The notes below the pieces were generated by a model. The model was not told the DNA's origin, searched no databases, and worked only from the letters and a program-made list of their open reading frames with translations. Shown here piece by piece: positions 1 through 10,840 of a stretch of DNA of 64,000 nucleotides. The DNA comes from Anthoceros angustus. Taxonomy: Eukaryota; Plantae; Anthocerotophyta. The stretch lies in NCBI GenBank assembly GCA_010909165.1, contig MU008194.1, positions 1-64,000 on the forward strand. Direction: 5' to 3'. A program made the position numbers and the translations under genes. Positions within the stretch are counted from its first letter, which is position 1. Each line of letters starts with the position of its first letter.

Positions 1-539
1 GGCCCAAAATTCCTCAAATCCTCGACCGAATGAAGTCAAACCGAGGAACCTTCAATAGCTTATACTGCTTAAAAAGAGCGTGAAAGAAAGTATGTGAATA
101 ATGTCGTAGTAGACATGTCTTCCCACCTAGTTTTCCTCAAGGTGTGTCTTTGGGCCCGCTTTTTGAGGGGGTGTTTTGGTCCTTTGCTTGCCTAGTCCCT
201 TTTTGTGGAGAATAACCCCAAAGCTGAGAGATCGTTAAACATCATTTTGACGTGGAAGAAGCAAGGTGCATGAATGTCCTCAGGCATGGGGGTCGTCAAG
301 CAACCCAAAGCGTCACCAAGTGAATAAGGCACATGACGCTCATTTCATGAAACACCGCTTGGCGCGTGAAAGCGGAATTATTCGACATACGGCCGAGATG
401 AGGGAAACCACGATTGTGAGATGGAACAAGTGGCGTGCTCGCACAACCCGACCGCTGCTCCAAGTGAATCCCAGCTGGAGACCACGCAACGGGCGAGGGC
501 AGTGTGGGGAGGATAGGCCCGAGTATAAACACCCGCAAT

Positions 540-1320
540 GATCATGGGGACGCCAGAGAACCAAGGGGTTGGGTTCTGCCTGCATGGCGGTCTGGATTGA
601 TGGCGAGTGGCGCGGATGAGGGCGTAAGACGGCGGTGTGGGGAAGGAGGGGAGATGAGGGTGATGAGGGCGCGGGTGGATGGCAGAACGGGGGACGATGG
701 GGTTGGATGGAGGACGGGCGGAGGGGCGGGGCCGAGGCGCGGAGCGGGAGGGAGGGAGGGGGCGGAGGGGAGCGGAGAGGGCGAGGGCGCGGAGCGGTAG
801 GAGGGACGGGCGAGGGGCCGGCGCAGGGGCGCTGGAGCGGGAAGGAGGAAGGCGAGGGGGCGGGGCCGTGAGCGCCATCCGGTGCGAGTGACGGCGGGTG
901 GGCAGGGCCGGGCGCGCGTGGGTGGGAAGGGGGGAGGGCCGCAAAGGGAACCGGAGGGAGGGACGGGCGGAGGGGCGGGGCCGAGGGCCCAGAGCTGCGA
1001 GGCGAGGCGGAGGGGCCGGGCACAGGCAATGAGAGAGGATGGGTGGAGGGGGCGGAGGGGGTGTGTGAGGCCACCGCGTATGGGGTGGGCGGGCGGAGGG
1101 GAGATGGGGCGGCTGCAAGGGGAGATGGAGGCCGAGGCGTGAGGACGGGAGGGGGGATCCGGCGGAGGAAGGGGAGGAAAGCGGCGTCGGAGGTGGAGAC
1201 GATCACAGAGCCCTCCGACATCAAACAGAGGGCGAGCGGGCGGGAGAGGGAAGGGAACGGCGCAGCCGCCTTCCGGGAGACTTTGAGGAACATCGCAGAG
1301 GGGCGGAGGAGGGCGGACGG
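540..1320. repeat. G/A-rich, GC-rich low-complexity tract with repeated GGGCGGAGGGGCGGGGCCGAGG motifs
   Basis: Strongly purine-skewed + strand; motif gacgggcggaggggcggggccgagg recurs near 714 and 962; overlapping ORFs are Pro/Arg/Gly low-complexity only. Confidence 0.7.
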
Positions 1321-4129
1321 ACATTGAAAGGGCTCGCAGCGAGCCGGGATGTGCACCGCGGACGCTTGAGGAGGTGGCCGGCACGGTGCCCGGATGGAGA
1401 GGTGCTACGCCGGCCGAGAACAATAGAAGACGCTCGCAACCTCATCCTACAAAATGTGACCATCACGTGGTGTGAACTGGGAGTGAGGATTGTGCAAAAG
1501 ACCGCGGGCTGGCTGCCGCCTGAGGTGTGTGACAAGATGCGAGCCATGCACCGGAGGCCATGGAAATGAGGTCGCCAAGATTCGCGGTGCAATATACAAT
1601 AACACCGATGTACATGTGGCACATGGATCGTGAGTGCGGAACTTGGAGCACATGGTGGTCGCCGAGTGATAGCCGCAGCACAACGCATGCAGCTAACGGT
1701 GCGAAGTAGCCGCAGCGCCGACAAGATGTACATGTTCCACTTCGTGGTGCACGCCAGATGGGGCAACGACTACATAACGGGCCGGAGGACAACAAGCGGG
1801 CGGTGAACAATCTACAAGGCGACGCGAGGCGGTGTGAGTTTGCACCCGCATGATTCGGTCCGACCGCGGAGCACAACCTAGTTGAGGAGGACTCAACCAG
1901 CGAGGCCGCGAGAGAACGGGAGGAACTTCATCCATCGGTGCACAATCGTCGTAAGGTGGATACCGGATGTCATGTGAAGGGATTTGCCGCAATGTGCTTC
2001 ACGACGCGTCATGAACTTCCGGCCGAGCCCGCGCTGCATATAACGCGTGGCGGTGTGAGGCGATCGAGCACCGGAGGGCGCTCAAGGAGAAGTGGGGCTC
2101 TGCATAGAGGTACATGTTGGAGCTGCAGGATGGAGTTGATACCACGAACCCTTGGCACATACATTCCTTGCACGCAGATTCATGCCCACCATGAGGACAG
2201 AGCGGCGACTTTCGTTAGGGTGTGGAACTTGCTGTGGTGAGGAAAATGAGGTCGGAGACGATGACATAGCTGGCCACGCCCCGGAGGCCTTCCAGAGGAG
2301 GAGCTACCGGGCCGGTAGGGCCGCCCGCATATGGGGTAGAGAGGAGGACGACAACGACTACTATGTCCCCGACCACGACGCAATGTTGCACCGGAGGTGC
2401 CACCGCTTCCTCCGATAGCATTGCCGAGGGTAAGTGAACGCCACCAAGACCCTCGAATGTGAACACCAACGCATGACGACAAATGTTTTGTGTAGGACAT
2501 GCAAGTGGCGAGGACATGGCAGTGCTTGAAGTGTACAAATTACCTCCGGACATGTATCGCCGATAGAGCGGTGTGCCACAGGTGCGACGGGATCCCTCCG
2601 CAGAGATGTGTGGAGTGGAATGCGCACACACACTGGGACATGGAGAGCCCTTAACCTCTTCGTAACGCTTTTCATATGAGGTGCGCGGTGGCACCGGGGC
2701 GACTGGGGCGGGGCCGTAGTGCAAGCGGGGAGACAGACATGGATAGGGAAGGCGACGGGAGCATCATCACCGGATAGGAAACGTGAGGGCCGGAGGGGCC
2801 ACCGCGTGGACACATGACGCAGGGCTCATGGAATAGCCTCCCGGCCCAAAGAAGTTTCTCGGCTGTCCACCAAAGGCATGGGCAGACATTCCAAGTTCGG
2901 CCCCGACCTTCCGACAATGGTGCATGAAAATTGTGGAGACGCTGTCGGAATCACCTTTGTGAAACCGCATTCCCCTTGAAGTGGAGGCAAGTTTATCAAA
3001 GCGACGAACCTCTGTGAAGAGCGAGTTCATGGACCCAAATCAATCAAAGAAGGCACTGTATGGGTTGTCAATTAATAAGCAAGCGTGACGACATGGAAAG
3101 TCAAAAGCAAAGGGGGGGTTGACAAGGCCAAGGGAGAATGGAAAAGCGGCCAAAATGCACGAGGGAACACGATGCGCGCGCAAGCATGAACCGAGGCTGT
3201 TGAAAACGTGGTATATCCGCCGAGTGGTGAGAATACAAAAGAGGGAAGCGCCAAAATTTGGTCAAGTCAAACTGTGGAAGTGGTCTCAAGACACCTACAA
3301 ATCTAAACCGTAAAGGCCTCGTGACATCAAGTCCTATCAAAACCCTCGCCCACGTGCCTAAAGCACATGACCACCACCCCAACCCCATGATCACCGTCCG
3401 ATGATGTAGAGGTCGCTCATCTCCTCCCACAAGACATGGTTGGCGGGCCCAATTCAGAGAAGACGTTGAGATGAAATCCAGGGGCGAGAAGGCCGAGGCC
3501 ACCTGCAGCCTGTGAGTCAAGCCGTGAGTGAAACTTGGCCATCCACTGCCTTGAAGTCCTCCAAAGGACTGGGTGCTTGGACCGCGAGGCCTCGCAGGAT
3601 CGTTAGGACCCAATGGCCACCCATCAAAATGGGTATGCAGGCCGCCCACTGGAAGGCACTCGCAGAGGGAAGTCCGGTCCACCAAATACGACCACGCCCT
3701 CAAAAAGAACTTCAAGTCCAAGGGTAGTTCTCTATGTGGCGATGAGGTCGCTAGGTCCTCCGCATGTCAAAAGCGCATCAAGCTCCTCGAGGACAAAGGA
3801 TGCATTGGCTTTGGGGTCATAAGACCAGAAACAACTCACTCCACATATTAGGATCGGGTGAGCTCGGAGGAGATCGTGGAACCCTCCTCCACCGCCGCCC
3901 ACACACATGCTGGTCACAGTCGCGCCTGCTGCATGTGAGGAGGAGAGGGGCGGTTCCGCCATCCCGCCCACAACCGCAGAAGCCTACAATAATACTGCAG
4001 CGGGCACCAGTACCACGTGTCACCGCTTGCAAAGAAATGAGCATCAAACAATTCGCATCACCATGGGTGTGGAAGAAATGGGGACGAGGTTAGTTGCAGC
4101 TTGGTGGATGGGAGGATCTACTGTGCCTC

Positions 4130-4720
4130 CTCCTCCTAGTCGCGCCCGCCCGCAGGCCTCGCCACGCCCGCCTCCTGCTGCTCGCAGGCCGCCTGCCGCC
4201 TGCCTGCCCCTCGCTGCCCCGCACCGCCTTCCTCCGCCTCCGCCCGCCTTGCCCGCCCGCCCGCCCGCCTTGCCCGCCTGCCTGCCGCCCGCCGCACACC
4301 TGTAGTGAAGGCCCGCCGTCTGCCCCCGGCCGCCTGACCGCAGCCCGCCCGCCCGCCCGAGTCCTCGCCGCCGCCTGCCGCCCGCCTGCCTCGCCACCGC
4401 AGCCCCTCCTCCGCCTCGTGTTTTGCCTCAACGCAGCCCGCCCGCCGCCGCGCAAAACCCCCGCCCGCCCGCCCGCCGCCGCCCGCCCGCCCGCGGTGTG
4501 GCCGGGCTCGCCGCCGCTCGCCGCGCCGCCCACCAATGAGGCGCTGGCCGCCAGGCGCCGCCGCTGCTGAGGCGCCCGCTGCTGCGCTCGCCGCCGCTCG
4601 ACACGCCCGCCGCCTGCACTCGCCGCCCGCCCGACTCCGCCCGCCTCGCCGCCGCCGCCCGCCCCAACCACGGTCGCAGCAGCGCCAAATCGCGCCCTAA
4701 ACCCCGCCCCTAAACCATGC
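4130..4720. repeat. C-rich (CCCG/CCG)n low-complexity tract followed by AAACCCTAA telo-box-like motifs
   Basis: Many cgcccgcc units; aaaccctaaa at about 4742 and 4852. Confidence 0.7.
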
Positions 4721-5422
4721 TTCTCCACCCTCTTAGCACATGAACCCTAAAACGGGCATGTGGCTTGCCTATGAGGCCTACCGGACCCTAAAGATTGCGC
4801 GAACAAAAAATTTTTGTTCGGTGAGAAAAAAACACATAGAGTGCGCGCAAAACCCTAAAGTTCCCTTTATGAAATCCGCCAAGTGGCCGCTTTGGTGCGC
4901 CCCTTTGGCTACCCATTTCGCCGGGTTACCAAACCGGACACCAAAAGTTTTGCGGAAGAAAAAAAAATGTCCGTCCCCTCTGTCCTCTTTGGTATGCCAT
5001 ACCGGCCTCGCTAAGGTCTGTGGCCTCTATACTGAATAATGATTGTTTCAAAAGAACTAATAATCTATACTCAACCTTCCCAAGAAACTTTGGCACACAT
5101 AAAAACTCGATTCATCTAAAATAGGACGCAAAGCGTTTAAAACAAAACAAAAAATTTAGTTCAAATGTTTAAAAGTCTCAAAATTTAACAAAGAATATTT
5201 TTAGTTCAAATGTAAAAAAGTCTCAAATTTAACAAAAAACAATTTAGTTGAAAATAGTCTCAATGTTCAGACAATCTAGAGTCCTTGTGACTAGTCCTCC
5301 TTTACTAACGACAATGGGAACAAGGTTGCTGGCGACAATGGGAAGAGGGCAATTCAAGTTATCTTAAGATTCTGCTGGGCAGTAATTCTCAACACTCGGG
5401 ATATTGCAGGTTAGAGACGCAT

Positions 5423-7150
5423 TCAGAAATCCGAATGCAGCCTGAGCTGTTCCATGTTCGAGTCAAATACGTTTCTTGTTTTCCAAGAAACGAGAGGTCT
5501 ATTCATCGATGCCATGCTTGGAGTTGCGGGTAACAAAGGGAACCCACGCACACTAGGTGGTTTCGGTAAGCTGTGCAGCACATTGATGGCCTCTTGCGGC
5601 CTGTCACACCTCACGAACATGTCCACACCCGCTGCCTGCATTGACAAATCTGATCCCAGCCCTCTCTTACAGGCATGGGAGAAGATCCTTCTGCCTTGCT
5701 CAGCAGCCTGGAGACTGGCACATGCATCCAGGGCCCACATATATGTGATGGCGTTGGGTTTGGCATCATCCAGCAGTAATTGCTTTTAAAGCTTCAGTGC
5801 CTCCTTGCCATCTTGGTGTTTGACATATCCTTCGAGCATGTTGTTCCAGGAAACAATATCCCTGTAGCACATTTTGTAGAAGACTTGTTTCGCGGACTCC
5901 ATGCTGCGATATCTAATCGATTGCATTTTCGATGAGGATGTCTAGCTCACAGCCACTTTTTACTAGTTTGCGATAAATATTGTGGCCATGGCGCAAAGAT
6001 CCAGTCCTAGCACATGCGTCGATGGCCTGTACACAAGTCTCGGTGGTGGGCTTGACATCGGCAACCCGCATTTGCTCGAAGAGTTTGATGGCTTCCACAT
6101 CCTACCCTCCTTTAGCACATGCTTTATCATCTCCGACCATAGTGCCTCAGGTCTTCTAGGTAGGTCTTCGAAGACTGCAAACGCTGCCTGTATGTTTCCA
6201 CACTTTGCGTACACGGCAACAAATGCTGTCACCAGATAGCTAGCTATCGCCTGCAAACTCACTATTCATGATAAGCATATGAACTTGTCTGTCTTCCTTC
6301 AGAGATGATGCATCCCCGCATGCTTTCAGGACGGAAGAAAAAGTGGCTCTATCTGGCTTGAATCCTTCTAGACACATCTACTCAAACATCTTAAAAGCGT
6401 GAATACCGTGACCATGCTGAGCATATCCAGCAATCAAACCATTCCATGACACCACAGTACGTTGTCTCATGCTCTCAAATATTTGGCGTGCTGACCTTGT
6501 GCTCCCACTTCCCATACATTTCTATGAGCGCACTGTTCACAAAAAGATCTGACCTCAAACCCGTAGTGGATGACCAAGTCGTGTATCTGCCTGCCATCCT
6601 CCAGGTTTGTTATGCCTGTGCAGCCATTGAGGGCAGCCACCAAGACAAACTTGTCAGGCTTCACGCCCTCATCGATCGTCTACCGAAAGGCTCTCAGTGC
6701 CTCGGTGTTGTACTTGAGCTTCACACACCCTCTGATGAGGACGTTCCATATAAAAACATTCTGCTTTTTCTCATCATCTGCAAAGTTCCTTGCTTTCTGA
6801 AAAGCAGTTCTCAAAAACACCCTTCTGGGATGCAGGGCTTCTTCCAGACGTCAGGTACCCCAGAACTAGTCCACGACCTCGTTGCCTCGCGAACAATTGG
6901 TCAGCAAGAGGATAACAACAGTCCTCTTTCTCACAGATTGAACTTCCATCGCGCGCAGCGTACCCCGCTGTCTCGGGTTGGGTCAGATCTGTTGTAGAAG
7001 TTGGTGTGATCGGAGGGAGGATTTGCCACTCAAGTGCCGGTGACTGGAGGAGCGAGAGGGGAGTCGGGAAGGCGCTGAATGAAGGCAGCTGGGCACTTGT
7101 TGGGATGGTGTTTTTTTAAGGAAGGGATCGGGAATCACCTTCTGGCTCTT
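5423..7150 (-). pseudogene. PLS-class pentatricopeptide repeat (PPR) gene, disrupted; ends in an E-domain-like segment, no DYW seen
   Basis: Minus-strand frames give NVFIWNVLIRGC...EALRAFR*TIDEGVKPDKFVLVAALNGC, VAVYAKCGNIQAAFAVFEDL, EAIKLFEQMRVADVKPTTETCVQAIDAC, SLPKPPSV; stops and frameshifts between them. Confidence 0.75.
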
Positions 7151-7168
7151 CGGTATTGCGTCGGGTTA

Positions 7169-7880
7169 TTATGGGGAAATCGAAAGGTATCCATATGAAG
7201 GTATCTGGTACCCTAGAGCGCACATCCATCGCTTCCTGCAGATACCACCATACGCATGCATGTGCAAGATATGGTTCCCCAAGTACGCATCCAATTTGTA
7301 CCCAAGTTTGACAGTGAGGTCATGAACCATCGCCCCACAACCAATCCTTCTTAGCTGTACAGACAGTTTTAGCACAGTGCGACACACTCTTTACGTGCAT
7401 GCAGCTGCTTCCTCCACTCAAGAGCTGAAGTGCCCACACTCTCACATGCCTGCAGGAGGCCACAAAAGTCACCGAGTCGCGTGCAGCACTCCCTTCTTCT
7501 CCCATTGCACTGTAGAGACGAAGGGCTTCCTGCCCCATGCCCTGCTGCGAATACCCTGCTATCATGGCCGTCCACCTCACCACATTCTTTTCACCAAGCC
7601 CATCAAACACACCCTGAGCATCCTCCAGGCTCCCACACTTTGCATACATGGTCACCAAGCTGTTGGCCACAAACCCATCAGCACTGAACCTTCGTTCTCT
7701 AATCTGCACATGGAGCTGCTTCCCAGTGCTTGCACAGGCCTTCAGAAGGCAAGCAAACGTAAAATGGTTACCTACAATCAGGTCCTCCTGCTCCATTTGT
7801 CCATACACAACAAACGCCTCCTTGGCCAAGTCCTTGATTGGGCATTCCATGTCACCACACCTTTCGTGGCCAAGCTGTGA
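7169..7880 (-). pseudogene. PLS-class PPR fragment
   Basis: TFACLLKACASTG..QLHVQI..GFVANSLVTMYAKCGSLEDAQGVFDGLGEKNVVRWTAMIAGYSQQGMGQEALRLY is a canonical P-L-S triplet; frameshifted at both ends. Confidence 0.8.
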
Positions 7881-8033
7881 AAAACCTGGCGTGCATCTTT
7901 CAGTTCATCACCCTTTGCATACCTGTCCACCACACCAGTTTGTCATCCAGTGCGCAGTCCTCTTTCGACAAGCAGCTGCCTGCCCTTCTGTAGACATTTA
8001 GAAGGCAAGCGAAAGTAACATTGTCTCCTACCT

Positions 8034-8490
8034 CTACAAACTTGTAATAGGAAAATTCCTCCACGTCCCGTCTCCAGACCTCGAAACAACAATAAAGTTG
8101 GCAGAAATGCCACTGTGCAACACGTCACAGAGCACTTTCCTGCCAGACCTGGAGAACACATCCATGGCCTCCTCTAGCCTACCTCCACATGCATACATGC
8201 GCAAGATATAGTTCCCCAGATATGCATTCGGCTGGTACCTAAGTCTGACAGTGAGATCATGAACTCGTCGCCCCACAACCAGATCCTATGGATCCAGTCA
8301 GCCAGCAGGGGCTCGGGCAAGATGCTCTGGCTCTCTATGCCAGTATGCAGCTATAGCAGTTATCCGTCCGCTCCATTCTCGGCCGCCACCGTCGCGGATG
8401 GCTGTGATAAAAGAAACCCCTGCGACCTGCATGTGTCGGTCACCCTGTGAAGACATCGGTAAGGGACATGGCGGGTTCTGGGACATAGAC
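8034..8490 (-). pseudogene. 5' fragment of a PPR gene (N-terminus plus first motif)
   Basis: GRRVHDLTVRLRYQPNAYLGNYILRMYACGGRLEEAMDVF, paralogous to 7170-7330; putative ATG near 8487 preceded by TAGGGTTT. Confidence 0.6.
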
Positions 8491-8503
8491 AACAAAATCA
8501 AAC

Positions 8504-9836
8504 CCTAAACCGCGCTTACATCAATCAGAAAACTGCAAGGTGTCCTGTGGAAGCTTTGCCGGGAGTGGCGGTCTTGCTGGAGCGCAGTCTCCACGACCGG
8601 CTCCGGAGCCTGGTTGAGGAAGAGATTCACAGCCTGCATTATTGGAGTTGGGAGAACACCCCATTTCCAGGATTGATAGGGTTTATTTCCCATACGGCTC
8701 GCTTGCACTCCTCGCTGAATTTGGTGTTTGTGAAGTTTGATATGTTACGGGACATGTACCGAAGCCTGCGGCAGATGGTGCTGGACATCGGCCGGTGCCG
8801 GACGGCCCTGACGGGATTCGAACTCTCCGTTCAGATCTTGGGGGAGGATGGACGTCTTCACCCAGTCTACATCACTCACCTCATGCCTGAGACTCTTTGG
8901 CAGCAACTGGCAGATTGGCTCCGACATAACATTCGCGGGGAGATGGAAGGACTCCATTTCCAAAATCCAGCGGGGTGGCCCCCTCCCCATGGAGATACGG
9001 CCTCTCCCCCTGGATCTTTGTAAGTTAACCACAGCCGTGCATTGCGTGACGAGGAAATCGCAATGGAGGACAGAAACGTGCGAAACCATGCCTGCGCACA
9101 CGAGTCGCGAATCGTGACTCGAGTGCCGTGCATGCTGGAGGGTCTTGCTGGATTCAAAGCATTCATCAGCCTTCTCCCGACCGGTCGGCCAGCGTCTCCA
9201 CCTCGCGCCCCATTTTGAGGTCTGGATATCCTCGACTCCTTGCACGCCGTTGCTCCCTCGCAACTTGCGATCGCGTCTTCACCTTTGCCCTGCCACAGCT
9301 TGTTTGTGAGTACTCTTCCTTCTCTACACCAAGAAGCGAATCAGCATGAATCATATGGTCAGGCTGCTGCTCGCCGTTTTCGTAGTGATCTTTGGCGCCC
9401 TCTGCGCTGTGTGTTGTCTTTTCGCCGGCAATTTCAAGAGAAAACAGCCTGTTGCCCCGGCTCCGCAACCCGCAGCCGTAGCCTCAGCGGGGGCTTGAGG
9501 TCGTACTGAAATTGCATGTACACGTATTCTTGGTAGCGTACCGGAACCTTGGCTTCGACTTAGCTTTACACTCCGGGGCAGAGCGGCTCCGCAGCATCAT
9601 ATTATATCCACATTTTCGCCCTGCTGCGTGGTTTGATTATATCTTGAATCAAGGCTTTGAAATCTTCCGCCCGAGAAATTGCTTCTCAATTGCAGTGGAG
9701 CACGAACGCCTCATTTGGTATGACAGTGTGCTGTGGAATTAATTCCGTGCTATGCCTGACTGTGAGTGCACAAGTACTCGAATTCTGTCCCCTTGTCATG
9801 GGAAGGATGCTAACCAAAGTGTGCGTTCTGTGATCG
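8504..9836 (+). repeat. Dispersed truncated copy of the module at 59118-60590
   Basis: Colinear similarity from ctaaaccgcgcttacatcaat (8506 vs 59119) to gcgttctgtgat (about 9835 vs 60590). Confidence 0.9.
9346..9498 (+). CDS. Putative 50-aa single-pass membrane micropeptide, copy 1 (MNHMVRLLLAVFVVIFGALCAVCCLFAGNFKRKQPVAPAPQPAAVASAGA)
   Basis: Manual translation ATG 9346 to TGA 9498; about 23-aa hydrophobic stretch, Cys cluster, KRK; ORF intact in all three copies. Confidence 0.55.
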   Translation: MNHMVRLLLAVFVVIFGALCAVCCLFAGNFKRKQPVAPAPQPAAVASAGA

Positions 9837-9864
9837 GCAGTCGAAGACTTGTTTTGGTGACTCT

Positions 9865-9971
9865 AAGTCATGGAACACGATAATACTTTGAAGCGCTGAA
9901 TATACGAACCCGCTTCCAAGTCATGGAACACGATAATACTTTGAAGCGGCTCAATATACGAACCCGCTTCC
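9865..9971. repeat. Tandem duplication, 2 x 53 bp
   Basis: aagtcatggaacacgataatactttgaagcg...aacccgcttcc twice. Confidence 0.9.
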
Positions 9972-10200
9972 GGAAATTAAAAACCCTTGCACAAATCTTG
10001 AGAGGAACTATATTGTATATTTAAATATATTTCAATTATTTAGGGTAAATACTATTCGTTCGGATTGCAATTTCAGTCTATTTGTAAGAGAAATACCTGT
10101 CTAGGTATGATGGTTGGCGCCGGCTTGCCAGTGCCCATACCGAACCCCTCCGACATGTTTACAATATGGTATCATGGACGGATCAAAAATCGGCCTTGAA

Positions 10201-10338
10201 GTCGTTACTTGTGAAAGGATTCAGTCGTTACTTGTGAAAGGATTCAGTCGTTACTCGTGAAAGGATTCAATCGTTACGCGTGAAAGGATTCAGTCGTTAC
10301 TCGTGAAAGGATTCAATCGTTACGCGTGAAAGGATTCA
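10201..10338. repeat. Minisatellite, 6 x 23 bp (gtcgttacttgtgaaaggattca), no spacers
   Basis: Six contiguous units with variants ttgtg/tcgtg/gcgtg. Confidence 0.95.
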
Positions 10339-10840
10339 CAACACAAATTTGAAAGATTAATATGTAACCCTCGCCCCACAGAAGTGCGCCCTAACCCGCA
10401 CGCTCGTCAAAACAAGGCTGAGACCCTAAACCCTAACCTTAGGGTTCGGGTTATACTAATGAAGGCGCCAATATGCTAGCACCCTATGCTCTTATGTTCC
10501 CTCCATAGAGCGCCAGCATGCCGGCGTCCATAAATACGTTTTTTGTGAACGCCGGTGTGCATGCGTCCGCATTAACACTAGGGCTTACAATCACTTGTCA
10601 TGCACCCATGCATATTATGATTTACATACATTAGGCCATGTGTCGCTTACTTATGCAAGACAATGAGAAAGAACACACCACCTTTGACACTTTCGATGAC
10701 GATGCACCCTTGGTCGCTCACAAAGATGGTGTTCAACACACAAAATACTTATTCAATTGCTATGACCTCCATAGAAAGATAGTCACGGCCTGCAGCGAGC
10801 TCGAGAATAGGGGAGAAACTTGGCCGTGTCATGTCTCTCT

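Noticed and set aside
340-1423. Long Pro/Arg/Gly-rich ORFs (338 aa, 293 aa, 246 aa)
   Set aside because: By-products of extreme GC content and strand skew; open in several frames with no domain signal
4044-4728. Ala/Arg/Pro-rich ORFs on both strands
   Set aside because: Translation of (CCCG)n low-complexity DNA
4990-5016. GGTATGCCATACC hairpin followed by CTAA as a Helitron 3' end
   Set aside because: Hairpin is short, the following base is not T, and no matching 5' end or Rep/helicase motif was found
10201-10338. Regular 23-bp repeats resembling a CRISPR array
   Set aside because: Units are contiguous with no unique spacers, there are no cas genes, and the context is eukaryotic; it is a minisatellite
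10420-10455. CCCTAAA/TTAGGG motifs as an interstitial telomere
   Set aside because: Only one or two units; better explained as telo-box-like motifs
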